A DNA stretch of 64,000 bases from an uncultured delta proteobacterium (GCA_963704165.1 CAVPHD010000011.1:96001-160000); one strand, 5' to 3'; positions 41,221-52,514 are shown, counted from the first letter of the stretch. Numbers and translations are program-made. Notes: a model not told the origin generated them from the sequence alone.

Positions 41221-43146
41221 GTGCTGCGCCTCGACGACGCCTCGAAATCGTTCGGCGGACGCGCGCTCTTCGAGGGCGCGTCGCTGCACGTCCGCGCGGA
41301 GGACCGCATCGGGCTCGTCGGTCGCAACGGCGCCGGCAAGACGACGCTGCTGCGGATTCTCGCGGGCCTCGACGCACCCGACACCGGGACCCTCGTGCTG
41401 CGCCGCGGTGCGAGCGTCGGGTACCTTCGCCAGGAGGTGAGCGCGGTCTCGGAGCGCACGGTGCTCGCCGAAGCGGAGACCGCGCTCGAGCCGCTGCGCG
41501 CACTCGAGCGCCGCATGCGCTCGATCGAAGAGGAGATCGCCCGCGATCACGAGCACGTTCCCGACGAGCTCGCTTCGCGCTACGACGCGATCCGGCACGA
41601 GTTCGAGCGCGGCGGCGGTTTCTCGGCCGATGCGGAGCTTCGGGCGACGCTGGTCGGGCTGGGACTCGGCCCCGAGAAATGGGAGCAGCCGCTCGCGAAA
41701 CTCTCCGGCGGCTGGTTGATGCGTGTCGAGCTCGCCAAGCTCCTGATCGCGCGGCCGGAGGTGCTGCTTCTCGACGAGCCGACCAATCACCTCGACCTGC
41801 CGTCGATCCGCTGGTTCGAAGGCATGCTCGCCGCGTATCCCGGGGCGGTCGTCGTCGTCTCGCACGATCGCGTCTTTCTCGACCGACACTGCAACCGGAT
41901 CGCGGAGCTCACGGCGTCGCGGCTGACGTCGTACCGCGGAAACTACTCGGCCTACGTCGAGCAGCGCGCGCTGCGGCTCGACGAGGCCGAGGCACGGCGG
42001 CGCAACCTCGAGCGCGAGATCGCCGAGAAGCAGCGCTTCGTCACCCGCTTCAAGGCGAAGGCCAGCAAGGCGAGCCAGGCGCAGAGCCGCGTGAAGCAGA
42101 TCGAGAAGCTGCAGGCCGAGCGCGAGCTGCTTCCCACCGAGGCCCACGAGCGCACGATGCGCGTGCGTTTCAAGACCTCTCTGCGCTCCGGGGAAACCGT
42201 CTTGCGGCTCGAACGCGCGGCGAAGGCGTACGGCGACAAGGTCGTGTACCGCGCGCTCGACTTCGAGCTTCGCCGCGCCGAGCGCGTGGCGCTCGTCGGT
42301 CCGAACGGCGCCGGCAAGTCCACGCTTCTGCGCCTCGCGGCCGGTGCGTTCCCGCCCGACCGCGGCTCGCGCGAGCTCGGCCACAACGTGCGCGCGGGCT
42401 TCTATGCGCAGCATCAGGTCGACGCCCTCGATCCGCGCCGGAGCGTGCTCGGCGAACTCGAGGAGAACGCCACCATCGACGAGATCCCACGCCTCCGCGG
42501 GATCCTCGGCGCGTTCCTGTTCTCGGGCGACGACGTGGAGAAGCGCGTGTCCGTACTCTCGGGCGGCGAGAAGGCGCGCCTCGCGCTCGCGAAGCTCCTG
42601 CTCGCGAACGCGAACTTCCTCGTCCTCGACGAGCCGACCAACCATCTCGACATGGAGGCCCGCGACGTGCTCACCGCATCGCTCGCGGACTACGAGGGCA
42701 CGCTTCTCTTCGTCAGCCACGACCGCCGCTTCATCAACGCGCTCGCGACTCGCATCGTCGAGGTCACGCCCGGAGAGCACGAAGCCTGCGTCCGAACGTT
42801 TCTCGGCGACTACGATTTCTACGAAGCGGCGCTGGCACGCGAGGCGAGCGAGCGAGCGCAGAAGCCGGCCGCGAAGGCCAAGCCGGCGCCCGCCGCGAGA
42901 CCCGGGATCGACCGCGCTCGCGAGAAGCGGCAGCGCAAGCTTCGCGAGCAGAGCGCGGCGCTCGAGCAGAAGATCGAGGCCTTGGAGGCGGAGCTCCGGC
43001 GTCTCGAGTGGCTCGCCGCCGAGCCCGACACCGCCCGCGACGGAGAGCGCATGCGCGCACTGGCTCAGGAGCGCAGGACCCAGAGCGAAGCGATCGCCGC
43101 GCTCTATTCCGAGTGGGAATCGGTCACGCGCGAGATCGACGACTGA
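41221..43146 (+). CDS. ABC-F family ATPase
   Basis: Two NBDs (GRNGAGKT, GPNGAGKS, LSGG, LDEPTNHLD), no TM segments. Confidence 0.95.
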   Translation: MLRLDDASKSFGGRALFEGASLHVRAEDRIGLVGRNGAGKTTLLRILAGLDAPDTGTLVLRRGASVGYLRQEVSAVSERTVLAEAETALEPLRALERRMRSIEEEIARDHEHVPDELASRYDAIRHEFERGGGFSADAELRATLVGLGLGPEKWEQPLAKLSGGWLMRVELAKLLIARPEVLLLDEPTNHLDLPSIRWFEGMLAAYPGAVVVVSHDRVFLDRHCNRIAELTASRLTSYRGNYSAYVEQRALRLDEAEARRRNLEREIAEKQRFVTRFKAKASKASQAQSRVKQIEKLQAERELLPTEAHERTMRVRFKTSLRSGETVLRLERAAKAYGDKVVYRALDFELRRAERVALVGPNGAGKSTLLRLAAGAFPPDRGSRELGHNVRAGFYAQHQVDALDPRRSVLGELEENATIDEIPRLRGILGAFLFSGDDVEKRVSVLSGGEKARLALAKLLLANANFLVLDEPTNHLDMEARDVLTASLADYEGTLLFVSHDRRFINALATRIVEVTPGEHEACVRTFLGDYDFYEAALAREASERAQKPAAKAKPAPAARPGIDRAREKRQRKLREQSAALEQKIEALEAELRRLEWLAAEPDTARDGERMRALAQERRTQSEAIAALYSEWESVTREIDD

Positions 43147-43214
43147 GCACGGCTTGGCAGCGTCTGGGGGCCTCCGCTAGGATCGCGCTCGTTCCGCCTC
43201 GATACGACCACCGT

Positions 43215-43298
43215 GCCCAGGTGGTGAAATTGGTAGACACGCGAGGTTCAGGGCCTCGTGTCCGCAAGGACGTGCTGGTTCGAGTCCAGTCCTGGGCA
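43215..43298 (+). tRNA. tRNA-Leu(CAG)
   Basis: GCCCAGG/CCTGGGC acceptor stem, CGAGG-TTCAGGG-CCTCG anticodon arm, long variable arm, GTTCGA. Confidence 0.95.
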
Positions 43299-43327
43299 TC
43301 TCGAGCGATCCCGCGAACATGGGGCGC

Positions 43328-44542
43328 TCACAGACGTCGGTCGAGCTCCACGGCATAGCGGAGGTCGGCGAGGAACTCGGGGATCGCCGCGCTCACGCGG
43401 TGCCAGTTCGGGATCAGCGGCGAGCGCATCGGGTCGCGAACGAAGGCGAGCCCGGCGGCGCGCAGTCCCGCGGTGAACGTCTCGACGACGAGCTCTTCCG
43501 CGTGCGGATCGAAGTGCAGCCCGTTGATCCGCGAGTCGTCCGAGTACGCGCTGATCGTGTCCTGCGCCTGGCGCAGATAGGCCGAGCAGAGCGTGTTGAG
43601 AAAGCCCGCGTCGAACTGCACGCCGACGCTCGCCAGATTCCGGAACAGCGAGGTCGCGATGTCGATCACCATCCGGTGAAGCCCGCGGCTCGGGTCGAGC
43701 GGCGAGAGGTCCTGGTGCTTGTGATCGTAGTTGTCGCAGAGCTCGACCTGACAGATCCTCTGCGAGGCGGCATTGCGGAAGACCTCGGCGAGCAGGCCGA
43801 CTTCGAGCCCCCAATCGCTCGGGATCCGGACCTGGCGCGCGAGCGCGGTCTTCATCGCGAACTCGCCGGCGAGCGGGTAGCGGAAGCCGTGCACGAACTC
43901 GATCAGCGGCAGCTCGCGGCCGAGCGTTCGCTTCAAGGACAGGATCAAGGGAGTGACGAAGAGCCGCGTCACACGTCCGTGCAGGCGATCGGTGGCCCGG
44001 CCGTAGTAGCCCTTGCAGTAGTCGTAGTCGAGGTGCGGGCTCAGCACCGGATAGCAGAGGCGCGCCAGGAACTCGCGGTCGTAGGTGAGGACGTCGCAGT
44101 CGTGAAAGGCGAGCGCGTCCGCATCTCCGAGCGCAAGCGCTGCCCCGGCGCCGAGCCAGACTGCCCGCCCCTTCCCGTCGGGACCCGGCTCGAGCCCGCT
44201 CGCGCGCTGGCGTTCGAGCAACTCGCCCACGGTCGGCCCGCTGCCCCAGACGCAGACCGCCTCGGGCAACGAGCGGAAGAACTCGCGGACGCGCGTGAAC
44301 TCCTCGGGATCGTCCGTACCCGAGACCGAGACGATGATCCGGTGCAGGTACGAGACCTCGCGCAGGACTTCGACGATGCCCCGCAAGCCCGCGCCGTTGA
44401 TCTCGGTGTGCAGGCACGGCAGAACCAGCGCCATCGGCCGTTCGCGCGCGTAGTGCTTGAGCTCGGCCTCGATCCGCCCCAGGGACGGCGAGCCCAGCCG
44501 GTGCAGGGTCGTGATCACGCCGTTCTGGTAGAAGTCGCTCAT
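43328..44542 (-). CDS. gpgS: Glucosyl-3-phosphoglycerate synthase-like glycosyltransferase
   Basis: MSDFYQNGVITTLH, GKGRAVW, HDCD, KGYY, GRVTRL, YPLAGE, YDHKHQ. Confidence 0.75.
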   Translation of the reverse strand: MSDFYQNGVITTLHRLGSPSLGRIEAELKHYARERPMALVLPCLHTEINGAGLRGIVEVLREVSYLHRIIVSVSGTDDPEEFTRVREFFRSLPEAVCVWGSGPTVGELLERQRASGLEPGPDGKGRAVWLGAGAALALGDADALAFHDCDVLTYDREFLARLCYPVLSPHLDYDYCKGYYGRATDRLHGRVTRLFVTPLILSLKRTLGRELPLIEFVHGFRYPLAGEFAMKTALARQVRIPSDWGLEVGLLAEVFRNAASQRICQVELCDNYDHKHQDLSPLDPSRGLHRMVIDIATSLFRNLASVGVQFDAGFLNTLCSAYLRQAQDTISAYSDDSRINGLHFDPHAEELVVETFTAGLRAAGLAFVRDPMRSPLIPNWHRVSAAIPEFLADLRYAVELDRRL

Positions 44543-44608
44543 GCGGGGGGCTGAGCTTAGCCGCAAAGCCCTGTCGATGGGAAATTCCGGGCGCCGAGCG
44601 CGCCGGAC

Positions 44609-44950
44609 TCAGACCTCGTAGGCCTCGGGAAGGTTCGCTGAGAGCAGTCGGAGCGTATCGGGGTCGACCTCCGTGAAGCTGAGCGCGACTTCCTGCGTGA
44701 AGCCATCGAGGTCCGTCACGCGCACCAGCTTGCCGACCACCGAGACGGTGCGCTCGCCGATGGTCAGCATCACGCGCAGCACCTCACCGAGCTCGACCTC
44801 GAGGCCGACGCACTGGAAGCGGATGCCGCCGATCGAGACGTCGAGCGCGTTCGCGAGAGCTTCGCGCGAATCGACCCGTGCGATCGAGACCAGCGACTCG
44901 GTGAACACGCGGGGATACTTGCGGCGATCGAACGTGCTGTCTTTGTCCAA
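44609..44950 (-). CDS. Stand-alone PilZ domain protein
   Basis: DRRKYPR and DVSIGG c-di-GMP motifs; TTG start inferred. Confidence 0.85.
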   Translation of the reverse strand: MDKDSTFDRRKYPRVFTESLVSIARVDSREALANALDVSIGGIRFQCVGLEVELGEVLRVMLTIGERTVSVVGKLVRVTDLDGFTQEVALSFTEVDPDTLRLLSANLPEAYEV

Positions 44951-44968
44951 TGGGCCCTCTCGTTCCCC

Positions 44969-44996
44969 GTTTCGGACGGGAGCCGAGGGCATCTGA
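44969..44996 (-). promoter_or_regulatory. Sigma-28-like promoter candidate (second PilZ)
   Basis: TCAG-N16-TCCGAAAC. Confidence 0.35.
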
Positions 44997-45023
44997 AGCG
45001 CCGCGCAGATACTGGCGCGTGTG

Positions 45024-46073
45024 TCAGAAGAGTCGCAGCTGACGTCCTTCGCCGCCGGCTGAGAGACGCTCGAGTCCGCCCACGGCGAGTCGCAGCCGGC
45101 GAACCGCGCGCGCTCCCGCGTGGGTGCGGGCGAGCAAGCCCACGCCCGCATCGGAGAGATCCCGGGCTGCACTCGTCGGCCCCTCGAGCGAGGTGGTGCG
45201 CGAGGTGCGCGTTCCGTCGAGGAAAGAGACGACGAGCGTGACCGTTCGCGCCACGCGGCGCTCGCGCGTGAGCGTGGTCGCGAGACGCTCCGCGAGAAGC
45301 GCGAGCGACTCGGAGATCGCGCGCAGGTCGGTGCTCGGCTCGCCGAGGGTCTGTTCCTGCGAGAGCGTACGGGTGCGCGGCTTGGGTGCGAGCCGGCTGC
45401 GATCCTTGCCGCTCGCGTACTCGAGGAAGGCGGCCGCGCGCGGACCGATGAGCTCCGTGAGCCGGGCCACGTCGAACGCGCGCAGCTCCCCGAGGGTGTG
45501 TATGCCGTGCTCGCCGAGCTTCCGCGCGGTGGCCGGACCGAGCCCCCAGATCGCGACCACAGGGAGCGGAGCGAGAAATGCCTCGACCTCGGCTTCGCTC
45601 ACTCGCCGAATCCCTTCGGGACCGGCGTGCCGCGCGGCCAGCACCGCGACGAAACGCGTCGGCGCGATCCCCGCCACGGCGGTCAATCCGAACTCCGCCT
45701 GCAGGCGAACGCAGAGCTCGGCAGCGTGCGTGAGCGTGTCGGCGGGCGGCGAGAGCTCGAGGAACGTCCCGTCGAGTCCGAGCTCTTCGATCCGCTCGCT
45801 GTCTGCGCGCATGAACTCGCGCAGCTCGGCGACTCGCTCGCGGTAGCGTTTCAGCCGCGTCCGGCGCAGGACCGCGCCGGGACAGAGCTCGAGCGCGCGG
45901 CGCACCTCCATCCCTTCCTCCACGCCGCGGACGCGTGCCTCGCGGCTCGCACCCGTGACCGCGCCGCGCTTCGCGGGATCGCCGCCGACGATCACCGGTC
46001 GTCCGCGGAGAGCTGGATCGTCCGCCTGCTCGACGGCCGCATACAGACCGGGCACGAAGATGAAGACGATCAT
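45024..46073 (-). CDS. Y-family DNA polymerase IV-like protein lacking catalytic carboxylates
   Basis: YAAVEQ..P.LRGRPVIVGG, SREAR..GV, LCP, IWGLG; C-terminal QLRLF. Confidence 0.85.
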   Translation of the reverse strand: MIVFIFVPGLYAAVEQADDPALRGRPVIVGGDPAKRGAVTGASREARVRGVEEGMEVRRALELCPGAVLRRTRLKRYRERVAELREFMRADSERIEELGLDGTFLELSPPADTLTHAAELCVRLQAEFGLTAVAGIAPTRFVAVLAARHAGPEGIRRVSEAEVEAFLAPLPVVAIWGLGPATARKLGEHGIHTLGELRAFDVARLTELIGPRAAAFLEYASGKDRSRLAPKPRTRTLSQEQTLGEPSTDLRAISESLALLAERLATTLTRERRVARTVTLVVSFLDGTRTSRTTSLEGPTSAARDLSDAGVGLLARTHAGARAVRRLRLAVGGLERLSAGGEGRQLRLF

Positions 46074-48439
46074 GGGTCCGCGGGACGGAGCTCCCAGGTT
46101 CCTTTCTGGTGGTAGGCGACGTCGCTCGCGTGCATCCAGAGCGGACGCGGGCGACCGGCGAGCCAGTCGGCGAGCGCATCGGCGTAGTGAGCCGATCCGG
46201 GGTGACCGGACTGGCCGCCGGCCAGACCGAGCAACGCATGGTCCGGGTCGGCGAGATCGATCGCGTAGCGAAAGGCCGGCCCGAGCTCGACGTCCGAGTC
46301 GGGCAAAGGGGAGCTGAACATCGTCCACGCCGAGTCGGGATCCCCGGGCGCCGGGAACTTCTCGCTGCCGAGCCGTTGTCCGACCCACGCGAGCGTACCG
46401 TCACCCTGCTGCTCGAAGGCGTGCCGGAGCCGCAACGAGTGAACCTCTCCCCAGGTCCAACGCTTGGGATTCGCGGACACCCGCGTTCGCATGAAGCTCC
46501 ACGTCTCGTCGAGCGCGGTCTCGAGCGAACCCGAGAGCTTCTCCCGTCCCACGCGATCGAGCGCGCGCGAGAGCGCGACTCCAGGTATGGGCTCGGCTTG
46601 CTCGAGAAGCGTGCGCGAGCCCTTCGAGAGGCTCAGCCCGTCGAGCATCCGTCCCGCGAGGCGCTGCCGGAAGACGTGGTAGAGCGACGCGCCGACCGAG
46701 TCGGTCGAGGTCGAGCCGTCCCACTCGAGCAACATCGTCCGAGCGCGCTGTGCAGCGGACGAGGCCGACGTCGAGTTCTCGAGCAGGAGTCGCAAAGTCG
46801 CGGGACCGCGACGCGAGATCGTGTCGCGCTGGATCGCGACGAGACCTTCGACGTCGAGCGCGCCGGGGCGCGCGAGCAGCTCGCGCACCCGCTCCGCCGC
46901 CCCCTGATTGCTCCACAGCCAGGTGATCGGCACCCGGAAGCTCGCGGCATCGGGATGCGGCGAGATCACCTGGACCGGAAGGTTTGCGCCGTGACTCGAC
47001 GGCAGCGAGTCGAAGTCGGCCGTGCCGCGCCAGTCGTAGTACCGCGACGCGCCCGAGAGCGGGAGCAACCCCGTGTCGATCGCGCGCACGGGGAGGTCGC
47101 CGGCGACCTGCGTGCCCGTCGCTCCGTTCGCGTCCGCGTACAGGAACGTCGAAGCCGGCGCGCGCAGCTCGCGCAATGCGGAGCGGAAGCAGCTCCAGTC
47201 GCCACACCGCTGCAACCGGTAGAGCGACTCGACGCCGCTCTGTTCGGCCTGGCCGGTCCAACGCAGCGCGAGCGAGTTCGCACGCGGCTCGTCGGGAAAT
47301 GCGCTGCGCAGCAGCGGGCCGTGCTCGGTGACGACGATCGAGATCGGTTCCGCTGCACGTCCGCGCACCGAGATCTGATCGCTGCGAACCCGCGCGGACT
47401 GCCAGCGCCCCCCGCGCTCGTACCGCGTGGGATCGGCCACGTCGATCGTCTCCTCGAAGAGGTCCGACACCGAAGCGTGTAGTGCGACCTGCCCCCAGGC
47501 GATCGACCGATTCGTGCCGGTGAAGAAGATCGGCAGCCCGGGCCAGGTCGCGCCGGAGAGCTCGAAGCGGCCGGCGCGAATGTGGGCCAGGTAGAAGACG
47601 GAAGGCGCCGAGAAGCGGACGTGCGGATCGTTGGCGAGCAGCGGCTTGCCGCTCTTCGAGCGGGCCGCCGGAACGAGGATGCCGAGGCTTCCGGACGGGC
47701 CGCCGAGGCCGGTGGTCTTCGCCAGGGCGTCGGAGACGAGGCCGAGCGAGAGGAGACCCGCGAACGGATCGTGCGAGCCGTCGCTCGGGCGAACGGGAAA
47801 GAAGTCGCGAGACGGCACGCCACCGAGCTCCGCGACCAGACGATCGAGCAGAAGACTCGCGGAGAGCGACCGTCCCAGGTTCCAGGCGCGCAGGCGCGCG
47901 ATCGCGAGCGAGTCCTCGGGCATCCACGACTCCGGCTCGACTTCGAGCCAGCGCAGCTCGAACGGGCGCGTCGCGTGATTCGCCGCGATCTCGCCGAGCC
48001 AGGCGTTCACGCCCGCGGCGTAGGCCTCGAGCGCGGCACGCGTCTCGCGACCGAGCTTCGGCCGCTCGTCGCGCGCCGCTTCGGAGAAGCCGAGCGTGCG
48101 CGCGAGCCGATCCTGTTCGAGCGCGCCCTCGCCGAACAGCTCCGCGAGTCGCCCGTGTGCGCTGCGCCTCGACAGCTCCATCTGCCAGAGCCGATCCTGC
48201 GCGTGCGCGAAGCCGAGCGCGAAGCAGGCGTCGGCGAGCGTTTCGGCTTCGACGTGCGGCACGCCGAACGGGTCGCGCACGATGCGAGCCGGAGCAGAGA
48301 TTCCCCGGGCGGCCAGCACGCCCTGGGCCGATGGACCGGGATCGCGCCCGACCAACGCGAGCACCGCGGCCAGACCGACCGCGGCGACGAGGAGCGCGAC
48401 GAGCGCGACGGCCACGGCGCCGTTTAGGATTCGTCTCAC
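46070..48439 (-). CDS. Penicillin acylase (Ntn hydrolase) family protein, divergent
   Basis: RDPFGVPH, GFAHAQDRLWQM, LLANDPH, GQSGHPGSAHYAD; N-terminal TM. Confidence 0.85.
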   Translation of the reverse strand: MRRILNGAVAVALVALLVAAVGLAAVLALVGRDPGPSAQGVLAARGISAPARIVRDPFGVPHVEAETLADACFALGFAHAQDRLWQMELSRRSAHGRLAELFGEGALEQDRLARTLGFSEAARDERPKLGRETRAALEAYAAGVNAWLGEIAANHATRPFELRWLEVEPESWMPEDSLAIARLRAWNLGRSLSASLLLDRLVAELGGVPSRDFFPVRPSDGSHDPFAGLLSLGLVSDALAKTTGLGGPSGSLGILVPAARSKSGKPLLANDPHVRFSAPSVFYLAHIRAGRFELSGATWPGLPIFFTGTNRSIAWGQVALHASVSDLFEETIDVADPTRYERGGRWQSARVRSDQISVRGRAAEPISIVVTEHGPLLRSAFPDEPRANSLALRWTGQAEQSGVESLYRLQRCGDWSCFRSALRELRAPASTFLYADANGATGTQVAGDLPVRAIDTGLLPLSGASRYYDWRGTADFDSLPSSHGANLPVQVISPHPDAASFRVPITWLWSNQGAAERVRELLARPGALDVEGLVAIQRDTISRRGPATLRLLLENSTSASSAAQRARTMLLEWDGSTSTDSVGASLYHVFRQRLAGRMLDGLSLSKGSRTLLEQAEPIPGVALSRALDRVGREKLSGSLETALDETWSFMRTRVSANPKRWTWGEVHSLRLRHAFEQQGDGTLAWVGQRLGSEKFPAPGDPDSAWTMFSSPLPDSDVELGPAFRYAIDLADPDHALLGLAGGQSGHPGSAHYADALADWLAGRPRPLWMHASDVAYHQKGTWELRPADP

Positions 48440-48831
48440 GAGCGAGAAGGACCTTCCGCGCCCTCGAGCACGACCTGGGCGAACGCGTGCGTGCGCGTGT
48501 ACGACGCACCGACCCAGGCACGGGCGAAGCCCCGCTCCCGCGCGATCGAGAGCGCGCACCCGTGAATCTCGACCGTCAGGCCGAGCGGCGTCTCGCGCGT
48601 CTCGAAATCGCGCCACGCCACGCCACGCCGCCAGCCGGTACCGATCGCCTTCATGCCCGCCTCCTTGACGGCAAAGCGCAGCGCGAAGTGTGCTCCGGAC
48701 CGTCCTCGGCGCGCGCAGTCCGCGATCTCCCGCGGCGTGTAGACACGTGTGCGCAGGCGTTCGCCGCGTCTTGCGAGCGCGCGCTCCACGCGCGCGATCT
48801 CGACCACGTCGATGCCGCCTCCGATGATCAC
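48436..48831 (-). CDS. acpS: Holo-ACP synthase
   Basis: GIDVVEIARV, RFAVKEAGMKAIGTG. Confidence 0.9.
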   Translation of the reverse strand: MIIGGGIDVVEIARVERALARRGERLRTRVYTPREIADCARRGRSGAHFALRFAVKEAGMKAIGTGWRRGVAWRDFETRETPLGLTVEIHGCALSIARERGFARAWVGASYTRTHAFAQVVLEGAEGPSRS

Positions 48832-48886
48832 GGCGAGCGCTCCGAAAACCTGGACATCTACGCGTAAGCTAGCGGATTCACTCCGT

Positions 48887-48915
48887 TTGACGCTGCCGGA
48901 GGTCACCGTTATTCT
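48887..48915 (+). promoter_or_regulatory. Sigma-70 promoter of the gap operon
   Basis: TTGACG-N17-TATTCT. Confidence 0.7.
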
Positions 48916-48943
48916 GCGCGCCGGTTGACCGAAGGAGATCAGG

Positions 48944-49957
48944 ATGGCAGCGCGCGTACGAGTGGGAATCAATGGCTTCGGTCGGATCGGGCGATGTGCG
49001 CTGCGCGCGGGCCTCGCCGAGACCGGCCTCGAGTTCGTCGCCGTGAATGACCTGACCGACGCCGGCACGCTCGCCCATCTTCTGAAGTACGACTCCGTGC
49101 ACGGCCGCCTTGCCGAGCGCGTCGAGGTCACGGCGGACAAGTCGATCCGGGTCGGAGACCGCACGCTCAAGGTGCTCGCCGAACGCGACCCCGCGAAGCT
49201 GCCGTGGAAGGAGCTCGGCGTCGACATCGTGATCGAGTCCACGGGCCTGTTCACGAAGCGCCCGGACGCGGCGAAGCACCTCGCCGCCGGCGCCAAGAAG
49301 GTCATCATCAGCGCGCCCGCGACCGAGCCCGACGTCACGATCGCGCTCGGCGTGAACGAACAGATCTACCAGCCCGCGACCCATCACGTGATCTCGAACG
49401 CCTCGTGCACGACCAATTGCCTGGCGCCGGTGGCGAAGATCCTGCACCAGGAATTCGGCGTGCGGCGCGGCTGGATGACGACGATCCACGCCTACACCAA
49501 CGACCAGCAGATCCTCGACCTGCCCCACTCCGACCTCCGGCGCGCGCGCGCGGCGGCAGTCTCGATGATTCCCACCTCGACGGGCGCGGCCAAGGCCGTC
49601 GGCCTCGTCTTGCCCGAGCTCGCCGGCAAGCTCGACGGCATCTCGATCCGCGTCCCGACCCCCGACGTATCGGTCGTCGATCTCGTCGCCGAGGTCGAGC
49701 GACCGGCCACCGCCGAGCAGATCAACGAGGCATTCACGAAGGCCGCCGAAGGCCCGCTGAAGGGCATTCTCGCGATCTCGTACGAACCGCTCGTCTCGAT
49801 CGACTTCCTCGACGACCCCCACTCGGCGATCGTCGATGCGCTGAACACCAAGGTGCTCGGTGGGAATCTCGTGAAGGTGCTCGCCTGGTACGACAACGAG
49901 TGGGGCTACGCGCGGCGGGTGGTCGATCTCGCGCGCATGGTCGCCTCGAAGCTGTGA
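48944..49957 (+). CDS. gap: Glyceraldehyde-3-phosphate dehydrogenase
   Basis: [28 protein letters not shown]. Confidence 0.98.
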   Translation: MAARVRVGINGFGRIGRCALRAGLAETGLEFVAVNDLTDAGTLAHLLKYDSVHGRLAERVEVTADKSIRVGDRTLKVLAERDPAKLPWKELGVDIVIESTGLFTKRPDAAKHLAAGAKKVIISAPATEPDVTIALGVNEQIYQPATHHVISNASCTTNCLAPVAKILHQEFGVRRGWMTTIHAYTNDQQILDLPHSDLRRARAAAVSMIPTSTGAAKAVGLVLPELAGKLDGISIRVPTPDVSVVDLVAEVERPATAEQINEAFTKAAEGPLKGILAISYEPLVSIDFLDDPHSAIVDALNTKVLGGNLVKVLAWYDNEWGYARRVVDLARMVASKL

Positions 49958-51113
49958 GCGCAGCGATCCGCCTGCCGTCGGTCGCGGACCTCGAGCTTCG
50001 CGGCAAGCGGATCTTCATCCGTGCGGATCTGAACGTGCCGCTTCGTGGCGGCGAGGTCGCCGACGCGTCGCGCATCGAAGCCTCGCTCCAGACGCTCGAG
50101 TTCGTGCGCGCGCGCGGCGGACGCGCCGTGCTCACGTCTCACCTCGGCCGGCCCAAGGGCGCACCCGAGGCGAAGTACTCGCTCGCTCCGGTCGCCCGCC
50201 ACATGGGTCTCGACCTGGCACCGGATTGTGTCGGGCCCGACGTCGAAGCGCGCGTCGCGTCGCTTCGCGACGGAGACGCGATCCTGCTCGAGAACCTGCG
50301 CTTCCATGGCGGCGAGGAGAAGAACGACCCGGCCTTCGTGAAGGCGCTCGCCCGACTCTGCGACGTGTACGTGAACGACGCCTTCGGAACCGCGCACCGC
50401 GCGCACGCATCGACCGAGGGGCTCGCGCACGCGGTCCCCGAGGCCGCCGCCGGATTCCTGCTGCTTCGCGAGGTCGAGGCGCTCTCGCGCGTGCGCGATC
50501 AGCCCGAGCACCCCTACGTCTGCATCCTCGGGGGCGCCAAGGTCTCCGACAAGCTGCGCGTGCTCGAGCAGCTCGCGCTTCGCGCCGACGCGATCGCGAT
50601 CGGCGGCGCGATGGCGTACACGTTCCTGCTCGCGCGCGGCGAGCCCGTCGGACGCTCCCTCGTCGAGCGCGATCTGGTCGAGGACGCGCGCAAGCTTCTC
50701 GGTGGAAAGACCGAGATTCTCCTGCCCGTGGACCACGTCGTCGCCTCGGGCGTGGACGACGCAGCCGGCGCGCGGACCGTGGACCGGATCCCCGACGACG
50801 CGATGGCGCTCGACATCGGACCGCGTTCGCGCGCCGCGATCGAAGCGCGACTCGCGTCGGCGCGAACCGTGTTCTGGAACGGCCCGCTCGGCCTCTTCGA
50901 GAAGCCGCCGTTCGACGCCGGCACGCGCGAGGTCGCCGGAATGCTCGCACGGAGCACCGCCTACACCGTCGTCGGCGGCGGCGACTCGCTCGCCGCGGTT
51001 GCTGCGGCCGGGGTCGGCGCGCGCATCTCGCACCTCTCGACCGGTGGCGGCGCCTCGCTCGAGTTCCTCGAGGGCCGCGCCCTGCCCGGTGTGGAGGCCT
51101 TGCTGGGGCGCGT

Positions 51114-51117
<4 letters not shown>
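49954..51117 (+). CDS. pgk: Phosphoglycerate kinase
   Basis: [41 protein letters not shown]. Confidence 0.97.
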
Positions 51118-52345
<1,228 letters not shown>

Positions 52346-52360
52346 GGCAAGCGCTCACCT

Positions 52361-52447
52361 GCCCAGGTGGTGAAATTGGTAGACACGCCAGGTTGAGGGC
52401 CTGGTCCCAGCAATGGGGTGCTGGTTCGAGTCCAGTCCTGGGCACCA
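52361..52447 (+). tRNA. tRNA-Leu(GAG)
   Basis: CCAGG-TTGAGGG-CCTGG anticodon arm, long variable arm, encoded CCA. Confidence 0.95.
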
Positions 52448-52514
52448 TCTCCGCGGTCGCGTTCGACGTGGTACACAGTCGGGCGACGCGTTCGCGCGAA
52501 GAGGAGATGCGGGG

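Noticed and set aside
37082..41440. Very long alternative-frame ORFs (e.g. 1452 aa, and 40825-42780)
   Set aside because: Arg/Ala/Pro-rich shadow ORFs caused by high GC, overlapping well-supported genes
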